IMG/VR virus record: IMGVR_UViG_3300002542_000006
Location: 4,740-68,739 of that record
Length of the DNA: 64,000 nucleotides
Source of the DNA: a virus
Direction: 5' to 3' (one strand)
Below, one piece after another: positions 29,269 to 39,339 of the stretch. A program made the translations under genes and the position numbers. Positions within the stretch are counted from its first letter, which is position 1; each line of letters begins with the position of its first letter. The notes below the pieces were generated by a model. It was given only the letters and a program-made list of their open reading frames with translations. It ran no database searches and was not told the DNA's origin.

Positions 29269-29315
29269 TGCGCATCTCCTTTGTTGTATATTGAATAACC
29301 TCCCTATATGATAAT

Positions 29316-29936
29316 TTATCCACAGATAGTATACCTATCAAGGGATTTGTTTATTTTTCTCCATAGAGGGAGGAAATTATCTCTGGCAAAAATGTCACAC
29401 TGGGATTCGATCCCATTAACTAATTGTGGAAGCTCACTGTTGTTGTGATAAATCTCCCATCTTACAAGGCTTTCTTTTCGCCTTTCGAAAATATTAGAAA
29501 GTGATTCTGCCATAGAGTCAAAAATAGTATAGTCACAAATAAGCCCTGCGTCATAAAAAAGCTTTACCAGATTACCATGTCCTAATTCATGTAGTAGTAC
29601 GATAAGAAAAAGAGAGTATTCATTAACTGGTACATTTATTGATTCAAGGAATTTTTCTCTTCGATCTTTTTCCCCTGGAAGTTTTATAGAGTAATATTCT
29701 TTAATATTTCCAGAAATATAAATTTCACAGGAGATAGAATTTTTACTATACTTTATTTGACATAAAGCACCTCCTGTGTCCTCCAGGAGTTGACTATTTT
29801 CTTCAGTATTATCTAAAATGTGTACTTTTTTAACCCGAGGAATAGAATCTCCGAGAAAAATTATACACTCATCAACACAAACTCTCTTAAAAAAATCGAA
29901 TCTGGGGTTTATGTTATTCTTAGATATTTTTAACAT
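29316..29936 (-). CDS. HExxH zincin-like protein (paralog 1)
   Basis: IVLLHELGH with downstream E..CD.FA. Confidence 0.6.
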   Translation of the reverse strand: MLKISKNNINPRFDFFKRVCVDECIIFLGDSIPRVKKVHILDNTEENSQLLEDTGGALCQIKYSKNSISCEIYISGNIKEYYSIKLPGEKDRREKFLESINVPVNEYSLFLIVLLHELGHGNLVKLFYDAGLICDYTIFDSMAESLSNIFERRKESLVRWEIYHNNSELPQLVNGIESQCDIFARDNFLPLWRKINKSLDRYTICG

Positions 29937-29955
29937 AGGCTACATCTCCTCTAAT

Positions 29956-30696
29956 TCATGATGTGGAAAACTCTAACTGACGAATGGCATTGAGATGTTT
30001 TCTCTCTTTATTTTTTACCCCTATTCCATATCTCGTTATCCAGCAATTGCTTTCATGGTATAGATCCGATCTTATAAATTTCTCAACCTTTTTCCATATA
30101 AGTAGAAAATTTCTATACGCATACGCATCTGCATAATTTTCCATTAAATCTATAGTCTGAGAGAGGGATAATCTATAAATCTTTTGCCATTTCTCCTCTA
30201 ATTCATATGAGCCAATTACCCTTACAATTGTTTTCGATAGATGATATAGATTATCAAATTCTTTTCCTAGCCCAAGTTTTAGAAATAAAGACATTAAGTT
30301 ACAATGCCCAATTTCATGTAGCAATACTATTGTAAAAATAGAATACATATTAACCTTGACACCGGTAGACTCTATAAAGTTTAAAAACCTTTTCCTAAAA
30401 TACTTTTCAAAATATGAATTTCCGAGCAATTTACGAATATCTTTACTTACACTTATTTCAGCTATAATTTCATTAATATATGGAGGCCTAGAGCCATCAA
30501 AATCGTCGTCAACAATTTTTATTTCATGAGCTGCCCCACCAGCTTCAAAAAGAAATTCCGACTGTTCAAGTGGGACTATATTTACAACGACTCGGTCGAT
30601 AATATCGTCTTCCAAAACTTCCAAGCAAGTGTCTACACAATTCACGCAAAAGAAATCTAAGGTTCCATAACGAGTACCACTATTTATATAAATCAA
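29956..30696 (-). CDS. HExxH zincin-like protein (paralog 2)
   Basis: IVLLHEIGH with downstream E.YAD.YA; TTG start. Confidence 0.6.
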   Translation of the reverse strand: MIYINSGTRYGTLDFFCVNCVDTCLEVLEDDIIDRVVVNIVPLEQSEFLFEAGGAAHEIKIVDDDFDGSRPPYINEIIAEISVSKDIRKLLGNSYFEKYFRKRFLNFIESTGVKVNMYSIFTIVLLHEIGHCNLMSLFLKLGLGKEFDNLYHLSKTIVRVIGSYELEEKWQKIYRLSLSQTIDLMENYADAYAYRNFLLIWKKVEKFIRSDLYHESNCWITRYGIGVKNKERKHLNAIRQLEFSTS

Positions 30697-31007
30697 AATT
30701 CACACCTCTTAAACGTCATTTCTACATCCATACAACACACTCTAAATATTCAAGAGGTATTGTTTCAATTGAATAAACTTCATCTTCACAATGATCAACT
30801 ATATATTTTGAACAAATTCATCTGGAAGACTAACTTCCAATATAGATTCTTCATTTTTCTCATAGGTTACATGATAAAACTCAATAGGTATAACGAACCT
30901 CCTTTATTAAATTCTTTTTTATAATGCAAATATTTTATCTTTAAAATAATATATATCCAAAATAAAGTTCAATCCATACCAAGCAATTCTTGGTATGGAT
31001 TATCCTT

Positions 31008-32207
31008 TTAAAAAGCAAAAACTAAAATATCTTTAGCCCTTGTAGCACCAGTATATCTTAATCTTCTAAGAAATTCTTGATCAGAAAATATTTCATCCCA
31101 ATAGAGAACCGTGTCAAAATCAGAACCTTGGGAAATATGGGTTGTGATAGCATAGGACAATTCCATTTTGACTGCAAATCCCTTATGATATTCATTTCTA
31201 TCGTCCTCATGTGCCCCGCAATCTTCTTGAAAATATTTAATATCAATAGGAAGATTCATATAATAATTATTACTAGAGTACTCTGGCATGAAGTCTATTT
31301 TTACCGTACCAGATTTTAAATCTACGGAAGATTTTGTTACATCATGAATAACATGCCCGATTACTCCATTGGTTAAGGGTATGTCGTCCAACATTTTAGT
31401 CCAATAATTATGTCTGCAAACCAGTTTATCTCCCTTTACAGGGAGTTTGGACTTTATTCCAAGAATGTCGTTTCTTATTCTTTTATTAAAATAATTTCTA
31501 GTTTTGTTTTTTGCACACAGAATAATATCAGTATTGAGCAAAATAGTATCAGTAATTTCTTCTTTAGGAACTAAAAATGCATCTTTCTTAAACATCATCT
31601 TCTTTCTAGGAAGTTCTTCACCATTCCGGATCAATGTTGCAAGTTCCACTATTCCTGACTCTTTACCCTGTCTGGTTATTTCATTTATAAAGAAATCAGG
31701 TTTTAAGAGATACCTTGGCTTTCCATATATAGGTCCCAATTGTCCCGGATCGCCGCATACGCAAACAGGTAAACCAAAAGATTCAGCAATCTCTCCTAAC
31801 TCATTAGGTAAAAAGTAACCCTCATCAATAAAAATCAATTTTATATGTCTAGGAAGAAACTTTTTTCGTCTAAAAGACCATGTTTTGAGAATTTTCCCGT
31901 TCTTTTTAAGAATATTTCCATCCTTATCTGTCTTTGGAACTTGTACAGTCTCCATAAATCCAGAGTGGGCTGATGTTGCTGGTATTCCTTTGGTGGTTAG
32001 ATTGGAGGCAGCTCTCCCAGTGAAAGCTACCGCCAATACCTCATCCATCTCAAGACCCATTTTTTTAATCATGTGTGGAACTATAGTAGTTTTACCAACA
32101 CCAGCCCATCCCGCATATTCAAACACCTGTTTGGGCTGTCTTTTATACCATTTAACAGCCTCGTTCATACATTCTCGTTGATCATCAGTCCATTCATAGC
32201 TGGTCAT
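31008..32207 (-). CDS. SF1B helicase (Dda/RecD2-like)
   Basis: GWAGVGKT, IDEG, GDPGQL, YAITTHISQGSDF, YTGATRAK. Confidence 0.9.
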   Translation of the reverse strand: MTSYEWTDDQRECMNEAVKWYKRQPKQVFEYAGWAGVGKTTIVPHMIKKMGLEMDEVLAVAFTGRAASNLTTKGIPATSAHSGFMETVQVPKTDKDGNILKKNGKILKTWSFRRKKFLPRHIKLIFIDEGYFLPNELGEIAESFGLPVCVCGDPGQLGPIYGKPRYLLKPDFFINEITRQGKESGIVELATLIRNGEELPRKKMMFKKDAFLVPKEEITDTILLNTDIILCAKNKTRNYFNKRIRNDILGIKSKLPVKGDKLVCRHNYWTKMLDDIPLTNGVIGHVIHDVTKSSVDLKSGTVKIDFMPEYSSNNYYMNLPIDIKYFQEDCGAHEDDRNEYHKGFAVKMELSYAITTHISQGSDFDTVLYWDEIFSDQEFLRRLRYTGATRAKDILVFAF

Positions 32208-32691
32208 CTTTTCTCTCCGTTATTTTATTATCAAGATGAATAATGTTACCTATATTGTTTTTGAAGACATCATGAGGTAGAATCATCTTTGAAAGAGTTC
32301 CCGCCATTAAGATATTTAAATTCTTAACACCATAGAACTTAATATTTTTTGTCTCATCTTTAAAGGTTAATTTCATGACGCCCCGTAATAATTGCTTTTC
32401 GTCTTCCATATTACTATATTCAAATAAAGTTTCACAGTCATAAATATCTGAAAACAAGTTAATGAGGTACTGACAATGATTAGTATTGACAAAGGGCCTA
32501 ATCGGAATCATTTCCTCACTTTTGAACAATTTCATTTTTTTATATGGGACTAATGTAAAAAACTTAGTCTTATGCTTTAACGGAATAGTTCCATAGTATA
32601 ACTTTCCGTCATCCTCTATATCTACATCCATGTAATCAAGTATCAATTTCGTAAGTTGATATTCCTTGATGTGCACATATCCTTTTTTCAT
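32194..32691 (-). CDS. Hypothetical protein
   Basis: 165-aa ORF with SD AAGGAG, overlapping the helicase start. Confidence 0.7.
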   Translation of the reverse strand: MKKGYVHIKEYQLTKLILDYMDVDIEDDGKLYYGTIPLKHKTKFFTLVPYKKMKLFKSEEMIPIRPFVNTNHCQYLINLFSDIYDCETLFEYSNMEDEKQLLRGVMKLTFKDETKNIKFYGVKNLNILMAGTLSKMILPHDVFKNNIGNIIHLDNKITERKDDQL

Positions 32692-32739
32692 TCCAACCTA
32701 ACTCCTTTTTAAATATAGATAAATAGGTGGTGAATATAA

Positions 32740-33108
32740 ATGGCTGACTTTAGACGACCCGAAACAAAAGAATTTATGATCGGATACACAGTAGAGGACT
32801 ACAACTATACTGCATCATCTATGAAGTTGTATATTCCTGAACTTATGATGGATAGGCCCGCTTCGGGAAATTCAACAACTATTCAAATACCCCCCAATAT
32901 CTTTAAATCAAAGGAAAACATTTTTGTATCTACTACAGTGTCCAACAATAATTTTATTTCTATTAAAGTTAGCAGAGCTTTCACTGCAACATTCAAAACA
33001 CTTAACTATGACTCAGTACCTTATCCACACTTCCCAAAAGGAAGTAAGATGGTCGTATTTATACCGAATAATAATATAAATGATGCTGTAATAGTTCCAT
33101 TCATTTAA
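32740..33108 (+). CDS. Probable baseplate/spike-associated virion protein
   Basis: 122 aa, beta-rich; co-transcribed with the gp53-like gene. Confidence 0.4.
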   Translation: MADFRRPETKEFMIGYTVEDYNYTASSMKLYIPELMMDRPASGNSTTIQIPPNIFKSKENIFVSTTVSNNNFISIKVSRAFTATFKTLNYDSVPYPHFPKGSKMVVFIPNNNINDAVIVPFI

Positions 33109-33126
33109 AGGAGGAGGTGGGAGCCG

Positions 33127-33504
33127 ATGGCTGCCAAGACACTTACGGAATATGCTAACTCTATAGACAGAGACTTTTTTAATTTAAGAAAAGCAAGCAA
33201 AATAGCTGTTCATGAGGGATTTGAATATCTTTCATATATTGTACTTGAAAACTATTTAGACATTCTTTTAGAAAATGCTGAATATGTTACACTCAGTGAC
33301 CAAGAAGTAAAAAGGTTTAGTTACAAACCAAAAGCGCTATCTAAATTTCTTTATGATACAGAAAATCTTTATTATCTTTTACTTCTATTGAATAATATGA
33401 CTGTAGAGACATTTGTTCCTAAAAAAATTTATGTGTTAAGCGCTTCTAATAGAACTCTTATAGAGGATATCATAAATCTTGAAAAAAAATTAAAAAATAT
33501 CTGA
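33127..33504 (+). CDS. Baseplate wedge protein, LysM-like (T4 gp53-like)
   Basis: KPKALSKFLYDTENLYYLLLLLNNM pattern typical of gp53/LysM-like baseplate proteins. Confidence 0.55.
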   Translation: MAAKTLTEYANSIDRDFFNLRKASKIAVHEGFEYLSYIVLENYLDILLENAEYVTLSDQEVKRFSYKPKALSKFLYDTENLYYLLLLLNNMTVETFVPKKIYVLSASNRTLIEDIINLEKKLKNI

Positions 33505-33539
33505 ATGGAATGGCGGGTCAGAAATCCCGCCATTCCATT
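33504..33539. terminator. Bidirectional terminator
   Basis: 14-bp stem AATGGAATGGCGGG/CCCGCCATTCCATT between convergent genes. Confidence 0.8.
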
Positions 33540-35449
33540 TTGTTTTTGAAGAAATTATGATTTATATGAATAGGTATAAAACCTTTCTCATTTCTCACAT
33601 ACTTATCATCTTTATTATAATTCTTGAAAATAGTATCCAATTTTTTCTCTTCATCAATATTTTGAGTTCTTTTCTCCACTTTTTCCTGTACAGCTTTTCT
33701 TCCATTAATAATTTCCCCTAAGAAATTAAAGTCCTTTACAACATCTCCGCCTATAACTTCATTAGTTTGAGTTTTAGTAGGAAGTTCCTTAACTTCTCTT
33801 TTCTTTGGTCGTCCTCTACTTATGACATCTTTTTCAGCTTTAAGTTCGTCAAGAGTTTCTCTGGACAAAGGTTCATCCAGATGAATATCATACATAAGTT
33901 TTATCCCATTCTCGGGTTCTAATGGATGGGCGAAGTAATCACTAAACTTATTTTTTCTATTCTTACTTCTACTCGTCCGTTGTTTCATATTTTTAAATGT
34001 CATATATTCATAACCATTATCATCAATTTCTTTATTGATGGCAATGGCAGAGTCTACGTTCTTTAGAATAGCATATGCTTCAGACACATGTGCTTTTCCA
34101 AGAAGTCTACCTATATCATATTTATTGGAGTCACCTTCGATAGCGTCCGCTGCTTTTCTATTAAATTGACCTGCCCCAATTACAGGAATTTCCAATCTCT
34201 TTGCAAGTACTGAATAATCATTTGCAACTTCGGCTAATTCGAATCTAATTTCCTGATGATTCTTTGAAGATCTGATCCGTTCAATATAGTCATGGATAAC
34301 GACAATAACTTCACGACCAGTATCTTCAATATCACTAATAATAGAATACAAGTCAAGAGTCGAAATTTCTTTATCGTCATAATATTTGATAATAATATCT
34401 ATATCTTCCTCAGTTTTAAGAGACAATTCCCCTTTAGTTCTCAGAAGTTTAGCAACTTCTGAAGGAGTGTAATTCCGGATGTCATCTCCGGTAACTTCCA
34501 TATTAAATATACGCTCAACAGTCTCATCAACTGTATTTTCTTGCGAAATATATAATGCAGCCGGTCTTTTAGATGGATCTTTTGGCTTCACCAAATTACA
34601 TTTCTTAATAGCAATCAAAAGATTAAGAAGTAATACAGATTTACCTACACCTGTAAGACCGAAAAACAAATAAGAACGTTTCTTCTCAAATCCACCATTT
34701 AGCATTATATTTAATGCTTGGATGCCTGTAATAAGTTTATTGCTCGGATCTCTTAATTTCTTTACAATCTGCTTTACTTTATCCTCGAATGAACCATCTG
34801 TTAGATCCAATGTAGTTGTATCATCCGAAAAATTCTCAGCATTTCTTATATCAAAAAGTAGATTCGTAAGTACTTCCTTGATTCGATGATTTATTTGACT
34901 AAGATTTTTATAATTATGGGATTCAAGATCTTCAAAAATCTCAAACAATTCGTCTTTATATGAAAATACGAACCCATGAATTAACCTATCGACCACATAT
35001 GAATTCAAATATTGAGTCATCCGTGAATTCAATTTTATCTTATTGAATTCCGGAATAATCTCCTCTCTAGCCAAATTCGAATTCTCACAATTTTCTAAAG
35101 CATAATTCATCAAAATTTTCTTATTATCAAATCCCATATGCAGACGAGCTTCTAGCATATGGGATAAAAGATCAATTCTTGCCCTAAGTGCAGGATTGTT
35201 CTTATAAAGATTTTTATTACACATCATTATTAAGGTATACATATTATTAAGAGCAGATCTAGTTATAAATTGATTATCTACATCGTAAGCATAAGCAAGA
35301 AATAAATCTAATATCTCTATATCAAATTTAATCGGGATTTTTTTATATTTAACCCCCGGATTTGGTTTCACATTCCCTACAGTTCCTTTAGAGATATTTG
35401 TATCCTCTGGATATTCATGAGGAAGGTTCTCTTCAATAATATCCATCAT
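33518..35449 (-). CDS. DnaB-like replicative helicase
   Basis: Walker A GLTGVGKS, ISQEN, Walker B IHDYI, AGQFNR; long C-terminal tail. Confidence 0.88.
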   Translation of the reverse strand: MMDIIEENLPHEYPEDTNISKGTVGNVKPNPGVKYKKIPIKFDIEILDLFLAYAYDVDNQFITRSALNNMYTLIMMCNKNLYKNNPALRARIDLLSHMLEARLHMGFDNKKILMNYALENCENSNLAREEIIPEFNKIKLNSRMTQYLNSYVVDRLIHGFVFSYKDELFEIFEDLESHNYKNLSQINHRIKEVLTNLLFDIRNAENFSDDTTTLDLTDGSFEDKVKQIVKKLRDPSNKLITGIQALNIMLNGGFEKKRSYLFFGLTGVGKSVLLLNLLIAIKKCNLVKPKDPSKRPAALYISQENTVDETVERIFNMEVTGDDIRNYTPSEVAKLLRTKGELSLKTEEDIDIIIKYYDDKEISTLDLYSIISDIEDTGREVIVVIHDYIERIRSSKNHQEIRFELAEVANDYSVLAKRLEIPVIGAGQFNRKAADAIEGDSNKYDIGRLLGKAHVSEAYAILKNVDSAIAINKEIDDNGYEYMTFKNMKQRTSRSKNRKNKFSDYFAHPLEPENGIKLMYDIHLDEPLSRETLDELKAEKDVISRGRPKKREVKELPTKTQTNEVIGGDVVKDFNFLGEIINGRKAVQEKVEKRTQNIDEEKKLDTIFKNYNKDDKYVRNEKGFIPIHINHNFFKNKMEWRDF

Positions 35450-35506
35450 GAGTAGTCACACATCCCCTCTCACCAATCATTTAGTAGTTTAGACCGATAT
35501 AAATTA

Positions 35507-36688
35507 CTAATCCCTAGTGAGAAGCTCATCGCTCATAAGTAATATTTGAAGCTTTTCTATTGGTATAAGTTCCCCATATTCCTCTTTAATAAATCTCTGA
35601 AGTTTTTCATCAAATCTAAGAGATTTATCCCTTAAATACTCCTTTGAATTTTGAACTTGCTCATCTTCGAAGTCGTCAAGTATCTCAACTTCTTTCACTG
35701 AAAGGGATTTAAATTTCATCTTATTTACTACTTTACTTTTACCATAATAGTTTCTAAGAACTTGTATTTTGGCAATATTTGCAGGAGTGTTCATATATTG
35801 AATATCCAAGCAAAGCCTATCAACCTTACTTTTATCAATATACTTATCAATCTTTTCTACAATATCATTTATATCAGTATTTTCAAACTCATTATGTTTC
35901 ATATAGAATGTATTAAATTTGAATGCCAATGTATTTTCAATTCTTTCAGCAAGATAATTTGAAGTTTCTCTGTCATATGCTGTAACCATAAATCCTTTTG
36001 GCTCTTCTTCACTATGAGCAAATCTTGTAAACGAATTTATATAAAAAATTCTCCCTCTATATCTAAGATTTTGATGTATATGACCAAAGAGTATAGGACC
36101 TTTACTCATCCGAATTAACTCTTTACTATCATAGATGATATTTTTAGATATAGAGTGCTCCGTTTCTTGCTTTATAAATTGGGTCTCAGTAATCGATCCG
36201 TGGCCCAATATATAATCAAAATATCCATCAGGATACTGATAAAGTTTCTTCTCTTCCTTCTGATTTTTTATATAGATATCAGGAAGACAATATATTTTCA
36301 TCCCTTTTACTTCTATTGCTGTAGGTTCTTCTATGAAATGAATATCAAGATCTTTATCATTTAAATAAAACTTAACGTTGTTTAAATGATCACATTCGTG
36401 GGATAAAGTACCCTTAATGACTATAACAGATGAATTCTTTTCTTTTGCTATATTTACTACAGAATCAAAAAACCAAAGATACACTTCTGCTAACTTCGAG
36501 TTAAAAGAAAGTGGACAATCTGAAATATCACCATTTATGGTAATAATATCTATGAACATCATTTTTGAAATTGGTTTTATAAATTGCTCGTAGAGTTGAT
36601 ATTTAAATTCATCAGCAGATATAGGCCTTACGCCTATATGTATATCTGCACAATGAACTCCTATTCGTATCTTATCTCTATAAGTCAT
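35507..36688 (-). CDS. SbcD/Mre11-family nuclease (T4 gp47-like)
   Basis: Metallophosphoesterase motifs ADIH, GD, GTLSHE, GHGS, GHIH. Confidence 0.88.
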   Translation of the reverse strand: MTYRDKIRIGVHCADIHIGVRPISADEFKYQLYEQFIKPISKMMFIDIITINGDISDCPLSFNSKLAEVYLWFFDSVVNIAKEKNSSVIVIKGTLSHECDHLNNVKFYLNDKDLDIHFIEEPTAIEVKGMKIYCLPDIYIKNQKEEKKLYQYPDGYFDYILGHGSITETQFIKQETEHSISKNIIYDSKELIRMSKGPILFGHIHQNLRYRGRIFYINSFTRFAHSEEEPKGFMVTAYDRETSNYLAERIENTLAFKFNTFYMKHNEFENTDINDIVEKIDKYIDKSKVDRLCLDIQYMNTPANIAKIQVLRNYYGKSKVVNKMKFKSLSVKEVEILDDFEDEQVQNSKEYLRDKSLRFDEKLQRFIKEEYGELIPIEKLQILLMSDELLTRD

Positions 36689-36846
36689 GGATTTAACCTC
36701 CTACTTTTTTGATCTATAATAGATCGTATTAATTATATATATTTTTACACCATATATCTTAAAGATTGTATTAATTGTCTACTTATTATACGCAAATTCC
36801 ACCTAATTATAAATTAAACGGAAAATAATACAGAGGTGGAGCGTCA

Positions 36847-37077
36847 ATGAATGAAAGAATACAAATAGCTTTACAATGTATGCTTGAAGGGACTATGGTT
36901 CTAAATGAGTCTAAAAAAGATGATGATTTGGATTTAAAGAATGAAAAATGGTGTTCTTGTAAAAATCCTACTGGGTTTAGATTTGTAAAAGTTGAAGGCA
37001 GTGAACAAATATGGAGACATATAACGTGTGGTGGTCTCGTAGTTAAATCATTTATAAACCGTGACAGTTATCGTTGA
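36847..37077 (+). CDS. Small late protein, possible processed head protein with Cys/His zinc site
   Basis: SD GAGGTGG; N-terminal MLEG/LNES; CSC...H..C; flanked by a terminator. Confidence 0.55.
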   Translation: MNERIQIALQCMLEGTMVLNESKKDDDLDLKNEKWCSCKNPTGFRFVKVEGSEQIWRHITCGGLVVKSFINRDSYR

Positions 37078-37100
37078 TGAAGAAAAATAATATAATAATA

Positions 37101-37128
37101 TACTAATGAGAGAAATCTCTCATTAGTA
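37101..37128. terminator. Bidirectional terminator
   Basis: 12-bp stem TACTAATGAGAG/CTCTCATTAGTA. Confidence 0.75.
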
Positions 37129-37136
37129 TATTTATT

Positions 37137-37847
37137 TTAACTTGTTAATTCTTTACCCCAATATTTTTGGTTGATATAGTAGTAATCATAATAAAAGTCC
37201 GCTAATTTTTTGAAGCATTCTCTATAGAATTTCATCTCTTCTTTATCATCTATTAGTTTTATTTTTGCTTTATTACCATTTTTCTTGTCCAAAAGAATTA
37301 CCATATAGCCATCAATTTTCATCTTCTCAGTCTCTTTCAATAATAAATCATAAGCAGCCAGTTGTAGAAACATCGAAATGTAAAAATCTTTACTGGTCTT
37401 AAAGTCACATAAAATTAATTTATTCTTTTTGTATTTTGCCAATAAATCTATGGTTCCACCAAATTTTTTTCCAGAAATGGACTTTTCATTTTCAATTATT
37501 TCAAAATCTTTCCTATTTTCAATAAAATATTTAGAGAATGATATAAATGCGTTTTTTATACAGATATTTTCTGTGATACGCCTTTCATCTATTATGGAAT
37601 CAAGATCAATTTTTCCAGTTTTAAAATATTCATCAATAGCATAGTGTACACAAGATCCTATATATGCATGAGATTCTAATTCTGACCTAACGGATATTCT
37701 CTTATACCCTAAAGAATTTGCCCAATATAATAATTCTTCTTTATTTATTATTTTAAGAATGGTAGTAACTGAAGGAACTACCATTTCTTCATCATTTCTA
37801 TATACAGTATGATCTTTTGGTTCCTTAAAAATAGGAGTAGCCGCCAT
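37137..37847 (-). CDS. PD-(D/E)xK exonuclease (Cas4/AddB-like phage nuclease)
   Basis: PSVTTIL, GSCVH, GTIDLL, DFKTS, QLAAY. Confidence 0.87.
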   Translation of the reverse strand: MAATPIFKEPKDHTVYRNDEEMVVPSVTTILKIINKEELLYWANSLGYKRISVRSELESHAYIGSCVHYAIDEYFKTGKIDLDSIIDERRITENICIKNAFISFSKYFIENRKDFEIIENEKSISGKKFGGTIDLLAKYKKNKLILCDFKTSKDFYISMFLQLAAYDLLLKETEKMKIDGYMVILLDKKNGNKAKIKLIDDKEEMKFYRECFKKLADFYYDYYYINQKYWGKELTS

Positions 37848-37915
37848 ATTAGTTCTCCTCTCTATACAACTATTAATTAAAGGTCTATTAAAAAATAAGA
37901 AAGGATTGATATCGA

Positions 37916-38572
37916 ATGTTCGACGTGGAAGCTCGTCTTAAATCTATCTTGGAAGGGTCGACCGATGTAACATACCCGGTACGAGATCATGATGATGAGG
38001 GTGGAATGGACGATCAAATGATTATGATCGAGTCCGCTCTTGGTATCCTTTTGGTTGAGTCGGAAATTTTCGGCGAAGATGAACTGGATGAGTCGGTATT
38101 CGAAAATGCGACTCTGGCCCAGCTCCTCAGAGAAGTTACTGAGGAAGAAATTCGTGCAGATATTGAAAAGAAAAGAAGCCGGTGGCAAAAATTCAAGGAA
38201 GCGTTCAAACGTTTCCTGGCATCGCCATTTGATCCGTATGGTGGCTTGAAAGAACTGAAGGCCGTTAATGAACTCGTAAAGGACAATACCAGCGATACCA
38301 TTTATGCCGCGCTTCCTTTCTTCCTCGGCATACCGTTAATTATTATGAACCGCGCGCGGAAGTATAAGAACTTCCCGGAAAATATTGCACGTCAATACAT
38401 TGATGAAGCAAAGAAACATGAAAAACATCTTGAGAAAATTGCTTCTAATTTGGAGAAAGAACCTGATAAGAAATATAAGAAGGCTGCAAAACGTGTTCGC
38501 AAGCAAATTGAAGTTCTCAATGATATGATCAGAACATTTGAGCGTCGTGCTATCGACAAGGCGATACTTTAA
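37916..38572 (+). CDS. Probable internal head protein
   Basis: N-terminal ARLKSILEG, multiple LxE-S sites, AACT-N6-TA promoter, high-expression codon style. Confidence 0.5.
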   Translation: MFDVEARLKSILEGSTDVTYPVRDHDDEGGMDDQMIMIESALGILLVESEIFGEDELDESVFENATLAQLLREVTEEEIRADIEKKRSRWQKFKEAFKRFLASPFDPYGGLKELKAVNELVKDNTSDTIYAALPFFLGIPLIIMNRARKYKNFPENIARQYIDEAKKHEKHLEKIASNLEKEPDKKYKKAAKRVRKQIEVLNDMIRTFERRAIDKAIL

Positions 38573-38623
38573 TTAATTAAAGAGAGAAGACTTTTTTGTC
38601 TTCTCTCATTTTATTTTTTTTTT

Positions 38624-39253
38624 TCAATCATCAATCTTGACATATTTCTTTACTCTATCCAAAATTTTAAATATTCCATTATCTACATATCCATACTTTT
38701 TAGAATCTTTCAAATAATCCTTTATTAAATAGTAATGCTCGTCCTGAATACCTTTTCTATATTTTGAAATGAATTTATCAATATTACCAAACCCCATTTC
38801 AAATGGGATAAAATGAGAGTTATTCTCGACAGCTTGATGACAAGTTTCACAAAGCATAACTACTTGTATATTATGCTTCTCATGTTCCTCAAGAACTTTA
38901 TTTGCAATCATAAATGTATTAACCTTCTCTCTCTCATGGAGAAGGTGATCAGTTACAATCATACAAATAGTAAACAAATCAAATATCGGACCATGATGCT
39001 CTTCAATAGGAGCCATATCTGCTGTAATACCAGAATGGACTTGACATCTATTCAGCCCAAGTTCATATAAATGATGCTTATAATTATTATATCTAGGGTC
39101 TCTCCGAACCATAGATTTTACACCATTAATAAAATTGCAAAATATTTCATAATCGTTGAGATCCTCTTTTGAAAGATAGTATTTCAATACAGTATCATCA
39201 GATAAAGATTTAATTTTTGGGTTTTTGTTGCCTTTAAATTTGAATTCGCTCAT
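38624..39253 (-). CDS. HNH-fold-like protein
   Basis: C..H, EEHH, MLCETCH..VE pattern; start refined to ATG at 39253. Confidence 0.55.
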   Translation of the reverse strand: MSEFKFKGNKNPKIKSLSDDTVLKYYLSKEDLNDYEIFCNFINGVKSMVRRDPRYNNYKHHLYELGLNRCQVHSGITADMAPIEEHHGPIFDLFTICMIVTDHLLHEREKVNTFMIANKVLEEHEKHNIQVVMLCETCHQAVENNSHFIPFEMGFGNIDKFISKYRKGIQDEHYYLIKDYLKDSKKYGYVDNGIFKILDRVKKYVKIDD

Positions 39254-39339
39254 ATATCTAACCCCCTTAAATATAATCAAAAAAACAGCTTAATAACTGA
39301 TTATCTCTTTGTTTAATACGAAAAGAGGTGTAATAAACA

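Noticed and set aside
37137-37847. Cas4-like nuclease as evidence of a CRISPR system
   Set aside because: No repeat-spacer array or other cas genes seen; such PD-(D/E)xK nucleases are common stand-alone phage genes
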